Of a stretch of 64,000 nucleotides of DNA, positions 9,884 to 19,093 are shown one piece after another. The notes under the pieces are model-generated. The model worked only from the letters and a program-made list of their open reading frames with translations. It did not search any database and was not told the origin of the DNA. Every line of letters begins with the position of its first letter. The stretch's first letter is position 1. Source of the stretch: a bacterium UBP8_UBA817. GTDB lineage: Bacteria; Margulisbacteria; Marinamargulisbacteria; CAMDBA01. The stretch lies in NCBI GenBank assembly GCA_945888995.1, contig CAMDBA010000001.1:92603-156602 (forward strand), given 5' to 3'. The translations under genes and the position numbers were made by a program.

Positions 9884-11002
9884 TTACTTCACGTGTGCGA
9901 GAATCGACCGAGCGACTTGTTCAAAAACGGATTTATTGGAGCCGATGAGTTGGCGAATTTCTTTGAGGTTGTTTTGGATAGTGAGCCGGGCTTCGGGGCG
10001 GGATAACTCGACCAGCGATTTGAGCACAGGGGCGACTTTGACATCGTATTGCTGAAATTCCGGGATGACTTCACGGCCTGCCAGGATATTGGGGAGGGAA
10101 ACATATTTTAATGGCAATCTTAAGACATAACGAACTAAGAAATAAGTCAGATGCGCCAGCGCGCCGACCATTACAACCGGAATACCATATAAAACCGCTT
10201 CGAGAGTGGTTGTCCCGGTTACTGATAAAATAACATCGGCCCGTTCGAAGAGCGCTTTTTTATCGCCGGTCCAGATTTCAAGGCCGGGTACTGGATATTT
10301 TTCGACGGTTTGATAAATATTTTCAGCAAATTTTTCAGATGAAATCGGCAAATAGATGATCGCGCCCGGGATCTGGTTTCCGAATTGCCGGGCTATCTCC
10401 AGCATTTTAGGTAAAAGCAGCTCGATTTCCTGTTTTCGGGAACCGGGGAACAGCACCAACGTATTGCCTGAGCGAGGTTCGGTCGAAGTGAGGGGTTGAA
10501 TTAATTCGGCTAAGGGATGGCCGAAATATTCGACTTTTCCAGGGGCCAGCTCATTGTAAAGGGTGTATTCGGGTGGATAAATGGTGATAATTTTCTCACT
10601 GTAGGCCGCAAGCGCTTTGGCATGTTTTCTATCCCTCCAGATCCAAAAATTCGGGGTTATAAATGTCACGATCGGGACACCCGCTTTTTGAAGGAGCTTG
10701 GCAACCCGAAAATTATAATGCTGAAAATCGATCAGGATCGCATAATCCATTTTCTGCCCCGATAAAAATGTCTCGAATTGTTTAAAAAATGTGGAATAAA
10801 ATAAAATCTGAGAGACCCGTTCCCACACGCCGATGGCATTGGCCGATGCGATATCCGCTACAAAAACATCTGCAATCTCACGAAGTTTATTGCCGCCGAT
10901 GGCAAAAAGGGTGAGATCCGGATGAAGACGCTTGAGTTGCGCCGCTAAAAGAGATCCGTAATAATCACCGGAAATCTCCCCGCTTACGATTAGGACATTC
11001 AT
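9884..11002 (-). CDS. lpxB: Lipid-A-disaccharide synthase
   Basis: SGEISGD, FGHPL, FPGSRKQE, YVSLPNILAG; follows lpxA. Confidence 0.9.
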   Translation of the reverse strand: MNVLIVSGEISGDYYGSLLAAQLKRLHPDLTLFAIGGNKLREIADVFVADIASANAIGVWERVSQILFYSTFFKQFETFLSGQKMDYAILIDFQHYNFRVAKLLQKAGVPIVTFITPNFWIWRDRKHAKALAAYSEKIITIYPPEYTLYNELAPGKVEYFGHPLAELIQPLTSTEPRSGNTLVLFPGSRKQEIELLLPKMLEIARQFGNQIPGAIIYLPISSEKFAENIYQTVEKYPVPGLEIWTGDKKALFERADVILSVTGTTTLEAVLYGIPVVMVGALAHLTYFLVRYVLRLPLKYVSLPNILAGREVIPEFQQYDVKVAPVLKSLVELSRPEARLTIQNNLKEIRQLIGSNKSVFEQVARSILAHVK

Positions 11003-12217
11003 CTACCACTCAACATGAACCACTTGTTCCGTTTCAATTGCCTTTTTGGTCAGGCCACGGGGGGACTCTTTTTTGAGAAATTCTAATAAATAAAGGCCTT
11101 CGGGTGTGGTGAACGGCATCTGGAGAATTTCACGTAAGGCTTGGGTGGTATTCATTTCCGACCGGTAAATGGTTTTATAGATTTGTTTAATTTCGGAGAT
11201 CGCATCGGACGACACCCCACGGCGCTTCAGGCCAACAAGGTTCAAACCGCGAATATACGCCGGATTACCTTCGCAGAGCATAAACGGCGGGACGTCTTGA
11301 GAAAGGCGGGAATAACCGCCGACCATCGAGCCCATTCCAATGCGAATAAACTGATGAATGCCGACCATTCCGCCAATGACAGCGCGGTCTTCGATCACGG
11401 TGTGTCCGCCTAAATGAACCAGGTTTGTGATAATGACGTCGTTGCCGATATCACAGTTATGCGAAATATGAACGCTGGTTAAGAAGAGATTGTCCGAGCC
11501 GATTTTGGTGACATTCTGATTGCCGGTCGCGCGGTTGATCGTGACATATTCGCGGACCACGTTCCGGTCGCCCAGCACAACCCAGCTGGATTCACCGTTA
11601 TATTTGAGATCCTGAGCTTGAGATCCTAGGACGCATCCGAAGAAAATATGACAATTTTCACCGATGCGGGTCCATCGTTCGATCATGGTGTGCGCTTCGA
11701 TCACGGTTCCGTTTCCGATAATCACTTCTTCGCCGATAATCGCATACGGTCCGACCACCACATCTTTTCCAAGGCTGGCACTCGGGTGAACCGAGGCCAT
11801 CGGGTGGATTTGCGGCTTTGATGGCTTGAGGGTTAAAACGAATAAAAACTTTCCTTCGCAGACCAATTGTCCCTGAACAAGGGCTTTGACAGATACGGTG
11901 ACATGGGGGTCTTTCTTCTTCGCGATTTCGACTTCCATGCGGATCTGATCCCCGACATAAATCGGCCTGAGAAGACTCATGGAGTCGATGCCGGAAAAAC
12001 ACGCCCGTCGATCCGAGAATGGGGTTTGCCGAGCAAGCAAGGTTTCGGAGGTCTGTAGAAGCGCTTCGATCAACATTGCCGATGGAAATTCAGGCTCGAC
12101 CTCGCAAGCGCCTGTAAAGAAAGGTTCGTTTAGCGAGACATTTTTAATGGTGATGATGCGTTCTTCATCTTGGCTCAGGATACGATCGATGAGTTTGAAT
12201 CCGGATTGACGTTCCAA
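11003..12217 (-). CDS. lpxA: Fusion of FabZ-like hotdog domain and UDP-GlcNAc acyltransferase LpxA
   Basis: N-terminal LIDRI..KNVSLNEPFF (FabZ-like); C-terminal hexapeptide repeats with QDLKY, IxREYVTINRAT-like segment, HISHNC and GIHQF; TTG start about 12217 after GGAGG. Confidence 0.88.
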   Translation of the reverse strand: MERQSGFKLIDRILSQDEERIITIKNVSLNEPFFTGACEVEPEFPSAMLIEALLQTSETLLARQTPFSDRRACFSGIDSMSLLRPIYVGDQIRMEVEIAKKKDPHVTVSVKALVQGQLVCEGKFLFVLTLKPSKPQIHPMASVHPSASLGKDVVVGPYAIIGEEVIIGNGTVIEAHTMIERWTRIGENCHIFFGCVLGSQAQDLKYNGESSWVVLGDRNVVREYVTINRATGNQNVTKIGSDNLFLTSVHISHNCDIGNDVIITNLVHLGGHTVIEDRAVIGGMVGIHQFIRIGMGSMVGGYSRLSQDVPPFMLCEGNPAYIRGLNLVGLKRRGVSSDAISEIKQIYKTIYRSEMNTTQALREILQMPFTTPEGLYLLEFLKKESPRGLTKKAIETEQVVHVEW

Positions 12218-12237
12218 CAAATTTCCTCCCCTACGCG

Positions 12238-12266
12238 CCCCAGCCAAAAGCACGTGTTGGCCGGGG
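12238..12266 (-). promoter_or_regulatory. GC-rich hairpin just 5' of the fabZ-lpxA RBS
   Basis: Minus strand CCCCGGCCAA...TTGGCTGGGG, 10-bp stem with one G-U pair. Confidence 0.4.
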
Positions 12267-12570
12267 ACCCCAATATTATTAGCTTGTTATTTTGGCACTA
12301 ATTAAAAACGACGCCAATGATTCTTTCTAGAATGGGGTATGCTCCCGACGCTTTTCATCCGAGCATTTTTCATACGCGATATATTTTTCATTCCATTGTG
12401 GCATTAATTGGGGCTTACGCCAATTGCCCCCTCGTAAGACAGGACGCTTACTTAGAAGCGGCTTTGTGTTATATTAAGAAATATCGATGTTTACTGAGGC
12501 AGCTCGAGTGGAACTTAGTGTGAAAGTTGACACTTTATATGTGCCCACGCCCCCCCTCAAGGAGATGTAA

Positions 12571-12666
12571 ATGAAAAGACATACCACCCCGCTTTTCGCG
12601 GCCTTTAGCTCAAGCCGAAACCCGAATATCGATGCTCAAGAAGCGATGGCTCAGGTCTGCAAATAA
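12571..12666 (+). CDS. Putative 31-aa peptide MKRHTTPLFAAFSSSRNPNIDAQEAMAQVCK
   Basis: AAGGAG at 12559-12564, 6 nt before the ATG; stop 4 nt before the ATG (12671) of the next gene; below the ORF-track cutoff. Confidence 0.5.
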   Translation: MKRHTTPLFAAFSSSRNPNIDAQEAMAQVCK

Positions 12667-12670
12667 AACC

Positions 12671-14752
12671 ATGCCTATTATTTATCCGATGTTGGGACGA
12701 CTCCATTATTTCTACCTGAAAGTTGTACAGAGTTACTCTGAGATTGTTTTTTTACAGAATAAGGTTGTCGGCTTTATCTTACTTGGCCTCAGCTTTTTGA
12801 ACCCATTTGCCGGTATCGGCGGGCTCATTGCGGTTCTATCGGCTTATTCTTTTGCGGCGCTCTTAGGGTTTAGAAAGAGATTCACGAGCGCAGGCTTTCA
12901 TATTTACAACCCCCTGCTGGTCGGCTTGGCGATCGGCTCGAAATTTTCGGTAACACCTACTTCACTGCCTCTTCTTGTCATAGGTGGCGTTGTCTCATTT
13001 ATCATCACACTGTCTCTTGCTCGCTTTTTGACGACGTGTTTAGACTGCCCCGTCTTAAGTTTGCCATTTTCGGCTACCACGCTGCTGATTTATATGGGGA
13101 TGAGTCAGCTTGGTGTCTTGGGCCTTACTTCACCGCATGGTTATATTGCCCCCGATCTGAGCCCTCTTCCGTATTGGCTCACCGGCTACCTTCACGCACT
13201 CGGCAATCTTTTTTTCTTGCCTACTATCATGGTGGGGGCTCTGATTGCCATCCTTTTGATCGCGTCTTCACGGATATTGTTTGCGCTCAGCTTTTTTGGG
13301 TATATCCTCGGGTCCTTTCTCCAAGGCTTTTATAGCGGACTACCGACCTCCGGGTTCAATGATCCTAATGGCTTTAACTATGCGCTGAGCGCCATGGCGT
13401 TAGGCGGTGTGTTTGTCGTGCCCGGTCTTCGTTCAATCCTTATAGCCACGATCGGCGTCTGTATGACAACACTGGTCCTCAAGGCTACTAATGTTTTTCT
13501 GGCACCTTACGGGATACCGGTTTTTACGCTTCCCTTTGCGATAGTCACTCTTGCCTTTATCTCGACGATGAGTGCCGTTCGCTTTTCGGAACGCCCCCAA
13601 ATCATGAAAGCGACGCCAGAGGAAACCAGGGATCATTTTAAGACTGTTACCGCGCGGTTCAGCCCAGATTTGGCCATTGCATTTCCGTTCAATGAAAACT
13701 GGACCGTATGGCAAGGATTTGACGGGAAATGGACCCATCAAGGCCTCTGGAAATATGCGGTTGATTTCGTGATCACCGATCTGAACGGTCGGACATATTC
13801 CGCCGACGGAACGCGGCTTGATCATTATTATTGCTACCAAAAACCAGTCTTGTCTCCCGTTCGCGGGCAGGTCATACGCGTAGTAGACTTTCTTCTCGAT
13901 AATCCGATCGGAACCGTTGATACCCAAAACAACTGGGGAAATTTTGTCCTGATCCGCCACGACTCCGGCCAAATTGTTAAATTGTGTCATTTCACCTATC
14001 AGGGGATCGGGGTAAGCGAAGGGACTCATGTGGAAGTCGGAACCTATCTCGGGTTATGCGGAAATTCTGGCTATTCACCCCAACCACATGTCCACCTTCA
14101 TGTCCAAATGACACCTGAATCAACCAGTCCGACAATTCCGTTCTGCTTTTCGGCCTATATTCATCGGGACCGTTTTTTTACCTATGCCCGACCGAATGAA
14201 GGAGAGGTAGTCCACTCCTTTCAAACACTTCCATTCTATGATCAGCTCACGACTTTTATTTTGGACGACGAATTGGACTTTGACGTTTATATGCATGGTC
14301 AAAAGGTCGATCGCACCAAAATGCGAGTGGCGATGGCGGAGGATGGGACATTCTATTTCTCGACTAAGAGCTCCAAACTCTACTTTGGGAAATCCTCCGG
14401 AACATTTTATTGCTATCACCTCGACGGCTTTGACCCTTACCTCAGAATGCTCTATATGGCGCTACCTAAACTGCCGTTGTCGTGGGAACCCTGCCTGAAA
14501 TGGTCGGATGTGCTTCCCAATTCGGTGGCACTTACACCGATCCAACGACGCTGTTGGGAATTTATGGCCCTATTGTGGCCCGGTAAAACATCTGCCGACT
14601 ACTACTTTGTTTCCGAAACGGAAATCGAAGGTGTGATTCACGGCAGATTCTTGAATAAAACGCAACGAACGTATGTTCAGCTCGATCCCTATTTACGCCT
14701 GAAGTGTGTTCGATGCGATTTCGGCGAATTAAGGAGGGCCACCACTACCTAA
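12671..14752 (+). CDS. Urea-transporter-family membrane domain fused to M23 metallopeptidase and an unknown C-terminal domain
   Basis: About 10 TM segments with UT-like repeats (YSEIVF..YNPLLVG; GNLFF..GFNYAL; PVFTLPF); M23 motifs THQG..AVDF, WGNFVLIRH, GNSGYSPQPHVH; ORF open from 12632. Confidence 0.8.
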   Translation: MPIIYPMLGRLHYFYLKVVQSYSEIVFLQNKVVGFILLGLSFLNPFAGIGGLIAVLSAYSFAALLGFRKRFTSAGFHIYNPLLVGLAIGSKFSVTPTSLPLLVIGGVVSFIITLSLARFLTTCLDCPVLSLPFSATTLLIYMGMSQLGVLGLTSPHGYIAPDLSPLPYWLTGYLHALGNLFFLPTIMVGALIAILLIASSRILFALSFFGYILGSFLQGFYSGLPTSGFNDPNGFNYALSAMALGGVFVVPGLRSILIATIGVCMTTLVLKATNVFLAPYGIPVFTLPFAIVTLAFISTMSAVRFSERPQIMKATPEETRDHFKTVTARFSPDLAIAFPFNENWTVWQGFDGKWTHQGLWKYAVDFVITDLNGRTYSADGTRLDHYYCYQKPVLSPVRGQVIRVVDFLLDNPIGTVDTQNNWGNFVLIRHDSGQIVKLCHFTYQGIGVSEGTHVEVGTYLGLCGNSGYSPQPHVHLHVQMTPESTSPTIPFCFSAYIHRDRFFTYARPNEGEVVHSFQTLPFYDQLTTFILDDELDFDVYMHGQKVDRTKMRVAMAEDGTFYFSTKSSKLYFGKSSGTFYCYHLDGFDPYLRMLYMALPKLPLSWEPCLKWSDVLPNSVALTPIQRRCWEFMALLWPGKTSADYYFVSETEIEGVIHGRFLNKTQRTYVQLDPYLRLKCVRCDFGELRRATTT

Positions 14753-14800
14753 AAAAAGCACGAAAAAACGTCTCAATTATCATTCGAAAGGAGAAAAAAC

Positions 14801-15649
14801 ATGATTAAAGAATTTGGAATTAGACTCGCAACCTTACTCATCGTTGCCACTGTTTGGTGTCCTGCTGCGTCGTATGCGCTGAGTATGACGACTGCTGCTT
14901 ACTATATTCCCAGCACCTATACGACCTCAGCCAAGGCAAATACAAACGTCGGCGGCTTTTACGGGTTTTTCGGTCAGGACCAGCACGCTTTGGAGATTGG
15001 ATTTGACCAAATTACGTTGGCCTCAACCGGTGCCGCCGTTCAACATAATTACCTCGGCATTTACACCTATTACATGCCGACTTCCGCCTATAAGATCGGC
15101 TATCTTCGGATTAACACTCCGACCGACTTTGCCAATATGGTGCTAGTTGGGGGTGAGTGGGATACCTACAATTCTTACGGCTATAAAGACTGGTCGGCAG
15201 GCTTGGACGTCTACACGTCATTTTATAACCTCACAACCGGGCGACCTCTTCTTATCCAAGGGACGCCCTCGTATACGAAACACTTTCAAGCCTTTGATTT
15301 ACCGGGATCATTTGAATTCAATCCTAAATTGAATATCGAGTACAACCTCGGCCAACGTCGGTTCTACAACAATGCGGAACTTGCCATGAAGTACTACATG
15401 AACCCTGCTTGGACCTTTGGTGTCCGCTATTGGACCGGAGAATCAGTTTACGGTGTATCAAATGGTGGATTTGTCGTGAACAATACCGATGACGTGGTCA
15501 AACAAGGATACGCAATCAACGCAACCTATGCGATCACGCCACAGTTGTCGACGGTTCTGTCGTATCAATCGAATACGATGTCAAATTCGGCCATCTTGGG
15601 AGACTTTAGTCAAAACAAGATCTCATACATGCTCATGTACAACTGGTAG
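14801..15649 (+). CDS. Putative outer-membrane beta-barrel protein
   Basis: AAGGAG RBS; signal peptide ending ASYA; Tyr/Gly/Asn-rich alternating strands; C-terminal YMLMYNW. Confidence 0.7.
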   Translation: MIKEFGIRLATLLIVATVWCPAASYALSMTTAAYYIPSTYTTSAKANTNVGGFYGFFGQDQHALEIGFDQITLASTGAAVQHNYLGIYTYYMPTSAYKIGYLRINTPTDFANMVLVGGEWDTYNSYGYKDWSAGLDVYTSFYNLTTGRPLLIQGTPSYTKHFQAFDLPGSFEFNPKLNIEYNLGQRRFYNNAELAMKYYMNPAWTFGVRYWTGESVYGVSNGGFVVNNTDDVVKQGYAINATYAITPQLSTVLSYQSNTMSNSAILGDFSQNKISYMLMYNW

Positions 15650-15687
15650 AAATTTTAGAAAATTTTTAGAAGGAGACCTATTCAATC

Positions 15688-16398
15688 ATGAAATATCTTA
15701 TACTATGTTTATTAATCGGAGGCATGGGCCTAAGTATTCCGGCCCATGCAGTACTTAGCTCAGCTGACATCCAAGGTGCTTATTTAAAATCCTATGACGC
15801 TGAGAAAAAAGGGAAATTGGACGACGCGGTCAAAGCCCTGGAGTCTGTTACAAAGGACTATCCCAACGGTTACACTCTCAACCTTCGCCTGGCTTATTTG
15901 AATTATAAGAACAAAAAGCACCCAGCTGCTTTGGAAAATTATGACAAGGCAAACCAAGCTCTACCTTACTCCCTTGATCCAAAGCTAGGTAAAATGGTAG
16001 TTCTTGGCACCCAAGAGCGCTATGCGGACGTCGAAGCTGTGGGATATCAGGTTTTAAACCTGGACTACCTTAACTATTCAGGAAACCTTCGGTTGGCCTA
16101 TGCATTAAGAATGCAAAAGAAGTATGACATTGCCGAAAAGGTCGCTTTGAAGATGTTGAGTTTGTACCCTGTCGATATTTCGTTCTTAACGGAATATGGC
16201 ATTCTGCTCTACCTCAAGGATCTTCAAAAATCCAAGAACGTCTTTCAAGACATCTTGATCTTAGATCCTAACAATACGGCGGCAAAAGACTATATCAAGC
16301 TCATCGACAAGCTTCTCACGCCGAGCTCGAGTGCAGCAGTGCCAGTTGCAAAACCGGCTGAAGCGACATCTGCTTTCTCCGGAAAAATTAAAAAATAA
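15688..16398 (+). CDS. Secreted tetratricopeptide-repeat protein
   Basis: AAGGAG RBS; signal peptide ending AHA; helical repeats (LRLAYL twice, LDPNNTAA). Confidence 0.8.
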   Translation: MKYLILCLLIGGMGLSIPAHAVLSSADIQGAYLKSYDAEKKGKLDDAVKALESVTKDYPNGYTLNLRLAYLNYKNKKHPAALENYDKANQALPYSLDPKLGKMVVLGTQERYADVEAVGYQVLNLDYLNYSGNLRLAYALRMQKKYDIAEKVALKMLSLYPVDISFLTEYGILLYLKDLQKSKNVFQDILILDPNNTAAKDYIKLIDKLLTPSSSAAVPVAKPAEATSAFSGKIKK

Positions 16399-16417
16399 GA
16401 TTGGGGTTAGGTTCCAT

Positions 16418-19093
16418 ATGGACGCGTTTGACCTACATTATCATCGATTAGAAATATGGAACCTGCTGGCGAAGGAGCTTGAGCTCAACGCCAGCGACAC
16501 CCTTGATTCGATCTTAACCGAACTCCGGTCCATCGAACGCTATTGGGCGTTTCCCGGACCGGAGGTTCTCGACAAAATCGCGACCTATTATGAGCAAGAC
16601 AGTATTTATAGGCTTGGGCAATTGGTTACAAATATCATCTCAATGCTGTCATCTCAGTCCTACCGATACCGGACATTTGCCCCATTCTCTACTCCACTTT
16701 CACTATTGGATAAGCCCATCCTGGTGGAATCTCCCGATACGCCTCCCGACACTTTTTCAGAACGGCCCAAGAGACCGTATTTCGAGGTCCTCATCGTCCA
16801 TACGGATCACTCAGCGTATGAGACACGTTTTCGAAAAACACTTCACGAGCTTCAAGGCGAGCATGACGAATTCTTGTATGAACCGATCTTTGTCACCAGC
16901 GCCGGAGACGCCCTCACCGCTGTGATGTGCAATCCGATGATTCAGGCTTGTGTGATTTTTGAAAATATTGGACCCGATGATCCGACGTGTCATGTTCTGG
17001 CACAGGACTATCGCAAGTTTTTACCAGCATATGAGACGCCCCATCTCGCTCACTCCACCGCGGCTCTCGGAAAAGTACTCCGCGACCTCCGACCGGAACT
17101 GGATCTTTACTATATGGCCGAAACCGCCTCTCATCAACTCGATGAGACGATTCGCAGTCGGTTTGACCGGGTCTTCCATGCATCCAGCGTTTTACAAGAT
17201 TTACATGCTCACCTTTTAAACGGCATCCGTGAACGTTTCTCAACCCCGTTTTTTCACGCGCTTCAGGCCTATAGCCGCAAGCCCGCTGGGGTTTTTCATG
17301 CATTACCGATCTCCCGTGCGAATTCGCTGCATGACTCGGCATGGACGCAGGACATGCTTCATTTTTACGGGCGCAATATATTTATGGCGGAGACGTCGGC
17401 TACGTTGGGGGGACTCGACTCCCTCCTTGATCCTAAAGGCTGCCTTAAACAATCGATCGAGCTGGCGGCCCGAACCTTTTCTGCCGATAAAACCTATTTT
17501 GTCACCAACGGTACGTCCACCGCAAACAAGATCGTGTTACAGGCGACGTTATGCCCGGGCGACATTGTATTGCTTGCATCCGAGAGTCATAAATCGATTC
17601 CCTACGGTCTTTTGCTCTGCGATGTTATCCCCATTTTTCTAGAATCCTATCCTATCTGCACACATGATTTATCCGGTGCCGTGAGCTGTGACCGGATCAA
17701 AGACGTCTTGCTCGACCTAAAACGTCAAGGCCTACTTTCACGTGTAAAACTGATCTCTCTGACGAATTCGACCTTTGACGGCATTCTTTATAATGTCAAA
17801 AAATTTATGATGGAAATTCTCGCAATTAAGCCGGATATTATTTTTCACTGGGATGAGGCCTGGTTTGCCTATGGTGGGTTTAATCCCCTTTATCACCACC
17901 GAACGGCTATGAATTCGACAAATCGGCTCAAGCAACAGTTTAAGGACCCTGCCTACCAAGCCTTTTTCGACGTATGGAATGCCCGCTTTTCTCAGCTCGA
18001 CCCGACTTCACGCAGCACCTGGGACCAACCGCTTTTTCCTGATCCCAGCCAAGTAAAACTGCGCGTATATGTCACACAATCGACTCATAAGACTCTTTCT
18101 GCGTTTCGGCAGGGATCGATGATTCATATAATAGATGATGCTTTTGAGGCTCCCCGGTTTGTTGAATCCTACCGGATGCATACTTCAACTTCACCGAACT
18201 ATCAGATTTTGGCTTCACTCGATATCGGACGGCGCCAGGTCGCATTGGATGGTTTTGAACTGGTTAAAAAAGCCGTTTATATCGCCTCAAAAATTCGCTG
18301 CAGTATTCGAGAATCCGAGACTCTACAGCGTTATTTCACTCTATTGGAAGACCATGACCTCGTTCCCGAAGCTCATTTTTCACGCGATTGTGTGAAGGCA
18401 CCTTCCGGTGAATACGCAAGGCTCTTTAGCCGCTGGCAGGACCAAGACTTTGTGGTCGATCCCACGAGGATCACCTTAGACATTCGCAAGACGGGCATGT
18501 CAGGACCTAGTTTTAGAGAATTGTTGGCTACTCGTTACAACCTTCAGGTCAACAAGACCTCTCGCTTTACGGTTTTATTTATCGTAAATATCGGGTCTAA
18601 TCAGGCATCTGCTGAGTATTTGGTGAGGATTTTACGTGAAATCGCCGCCACCCTATCCACAGCTCCCGCCGATCATAGCGCCGCCGCTCTACACACCGCG
18701 GCATTAAGCCAAAGTCGCAAGTTCTACTCTGCATTTCGGGCATTCGGAACCGAGTCCTGGCAAGGTGTCTACCTCCGAGATGCCTATTATCAAGCCTACC
18801 AAACTGACGCAACCGAGCATATACTTCTTGACCAGGATGCGCTCCTTATTCCTTTTGGCGATGCTCCGCTTATATCCGCCGGATTTGTCACGCCATACCC
18901 GCCGGGATACCCTATTCTTGTCCCAGGGCAGATCGTCACCTTGGACATTCTTGAGTATCTGATGAGCCTCCAAACACCCGAAATTCACGGTTATATCCCG
19001 AGTGAGGGACTAAAAGTATTCAAACCTAGCTATCTTGCCACCTTAAAACAGAAAGTCGAAAGTAATGCCATCATCACCCCCATTTCCTCTTAA
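16418..19093 (+). CDS. Large fold-type-I PLP amino-acid decarboxylase (Orn/Lys/Arg family, Rv2531c-like)
   Basis: GGLDSLLDP, FVTNGTSTANK, TNSTFDG, WDEAW, QSTHK (PLP Lys), TSTSPNYQI, PYPPGYP; N-terminal ERYWAFPG and wing domain. Confidence 0.88.
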   Translation: MDAFDLHYHRLEIWNLLAKELELNASDTLDSILTELRSIERYWAFPGPEVLDKIATYYEQDSIYRLGQLVTNIISMLSSQSYRYRTFAPFSTPLSLLDKPILVESPDTPPDTFSERPKRPYFEVLIVHTDHSAYETRFRKTLHELQGEHDEFLYEPIFVTSAGDALTAVMCNPMIQACVIFENIGPDDPTCHVLAQDYRKFLPAYETPHLAHSTAALGKVLRDLRPELDLYYMAETASHQLDETIRSRFDRVFHASSVLQDLHAHLLNGIRERFSTPFFHALQAYSRKPAGVFHALPISRANSLHDSAWTQDMLHFYGRNIFMAETSATLGGLDSLLDPKGCLKQSIELAARTFSADKTYFVTNGTSTANKIVLQATLCPGDIVLLASESHKSIPYGLLLCDVIPIFLESYPICTHDLSGAVSCDRIKDVLLDLKRQGLLSRVKLISLTNSTFDGILYNVKKFMMEILAIKPDIIFHWDEAWFAYGGFNPLYHHRTAMNSTNRLKQQFKDPAYQAFFDVWNARFSQLDPTSRSTWDQPLFPDPSQVKLRVYVTQSTHKTLSAFRQGSMIHIIDDAFEAPRFVESYRMHTSTSPNYQILASLDIGRRQVALDGFELVKKAVYIASKIRCSIRESETLQRYFTLLEDHDLVPEAHFSRDCVKAPSGEYARLFSRWQDQDFVVDPTRITLDIRKTGMSGPSFRELLATRYNLQVNKTSRFTVLFIVNIGSNQASAEYLVRILREIAATLSTAPADHSAAALHTAALSQSRKFYSAFRAFGTESWQGVYLRDAYYQAYQTDATEHILLDQDALLIPFGDAPLISAGFVTPYPPGYPILVPGQIVTLDILEYLMSLQTPEIHGYIPSEGLKVFKPSYLATLKQKVESNAIITPISS

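Noticed and set aside
12317-12523. 68-aa ORF in the gap before the module
   Set aside because: No RBS or recognisable motif; probably spans the divergent promoter region
12527-12532. Perfect TTGACA upstream of the module
   Set aside because: No -10 hexamer at 16-18 nt spacing (C-run there), so no promoter was called
15646-15672. Short tandem TAGAAATTTTAGAAAATTTTTAGAA repeat
   Set aside because: Two imperfect AT-rich units in a spacer; too short to be meaningful and not CRISPR-like
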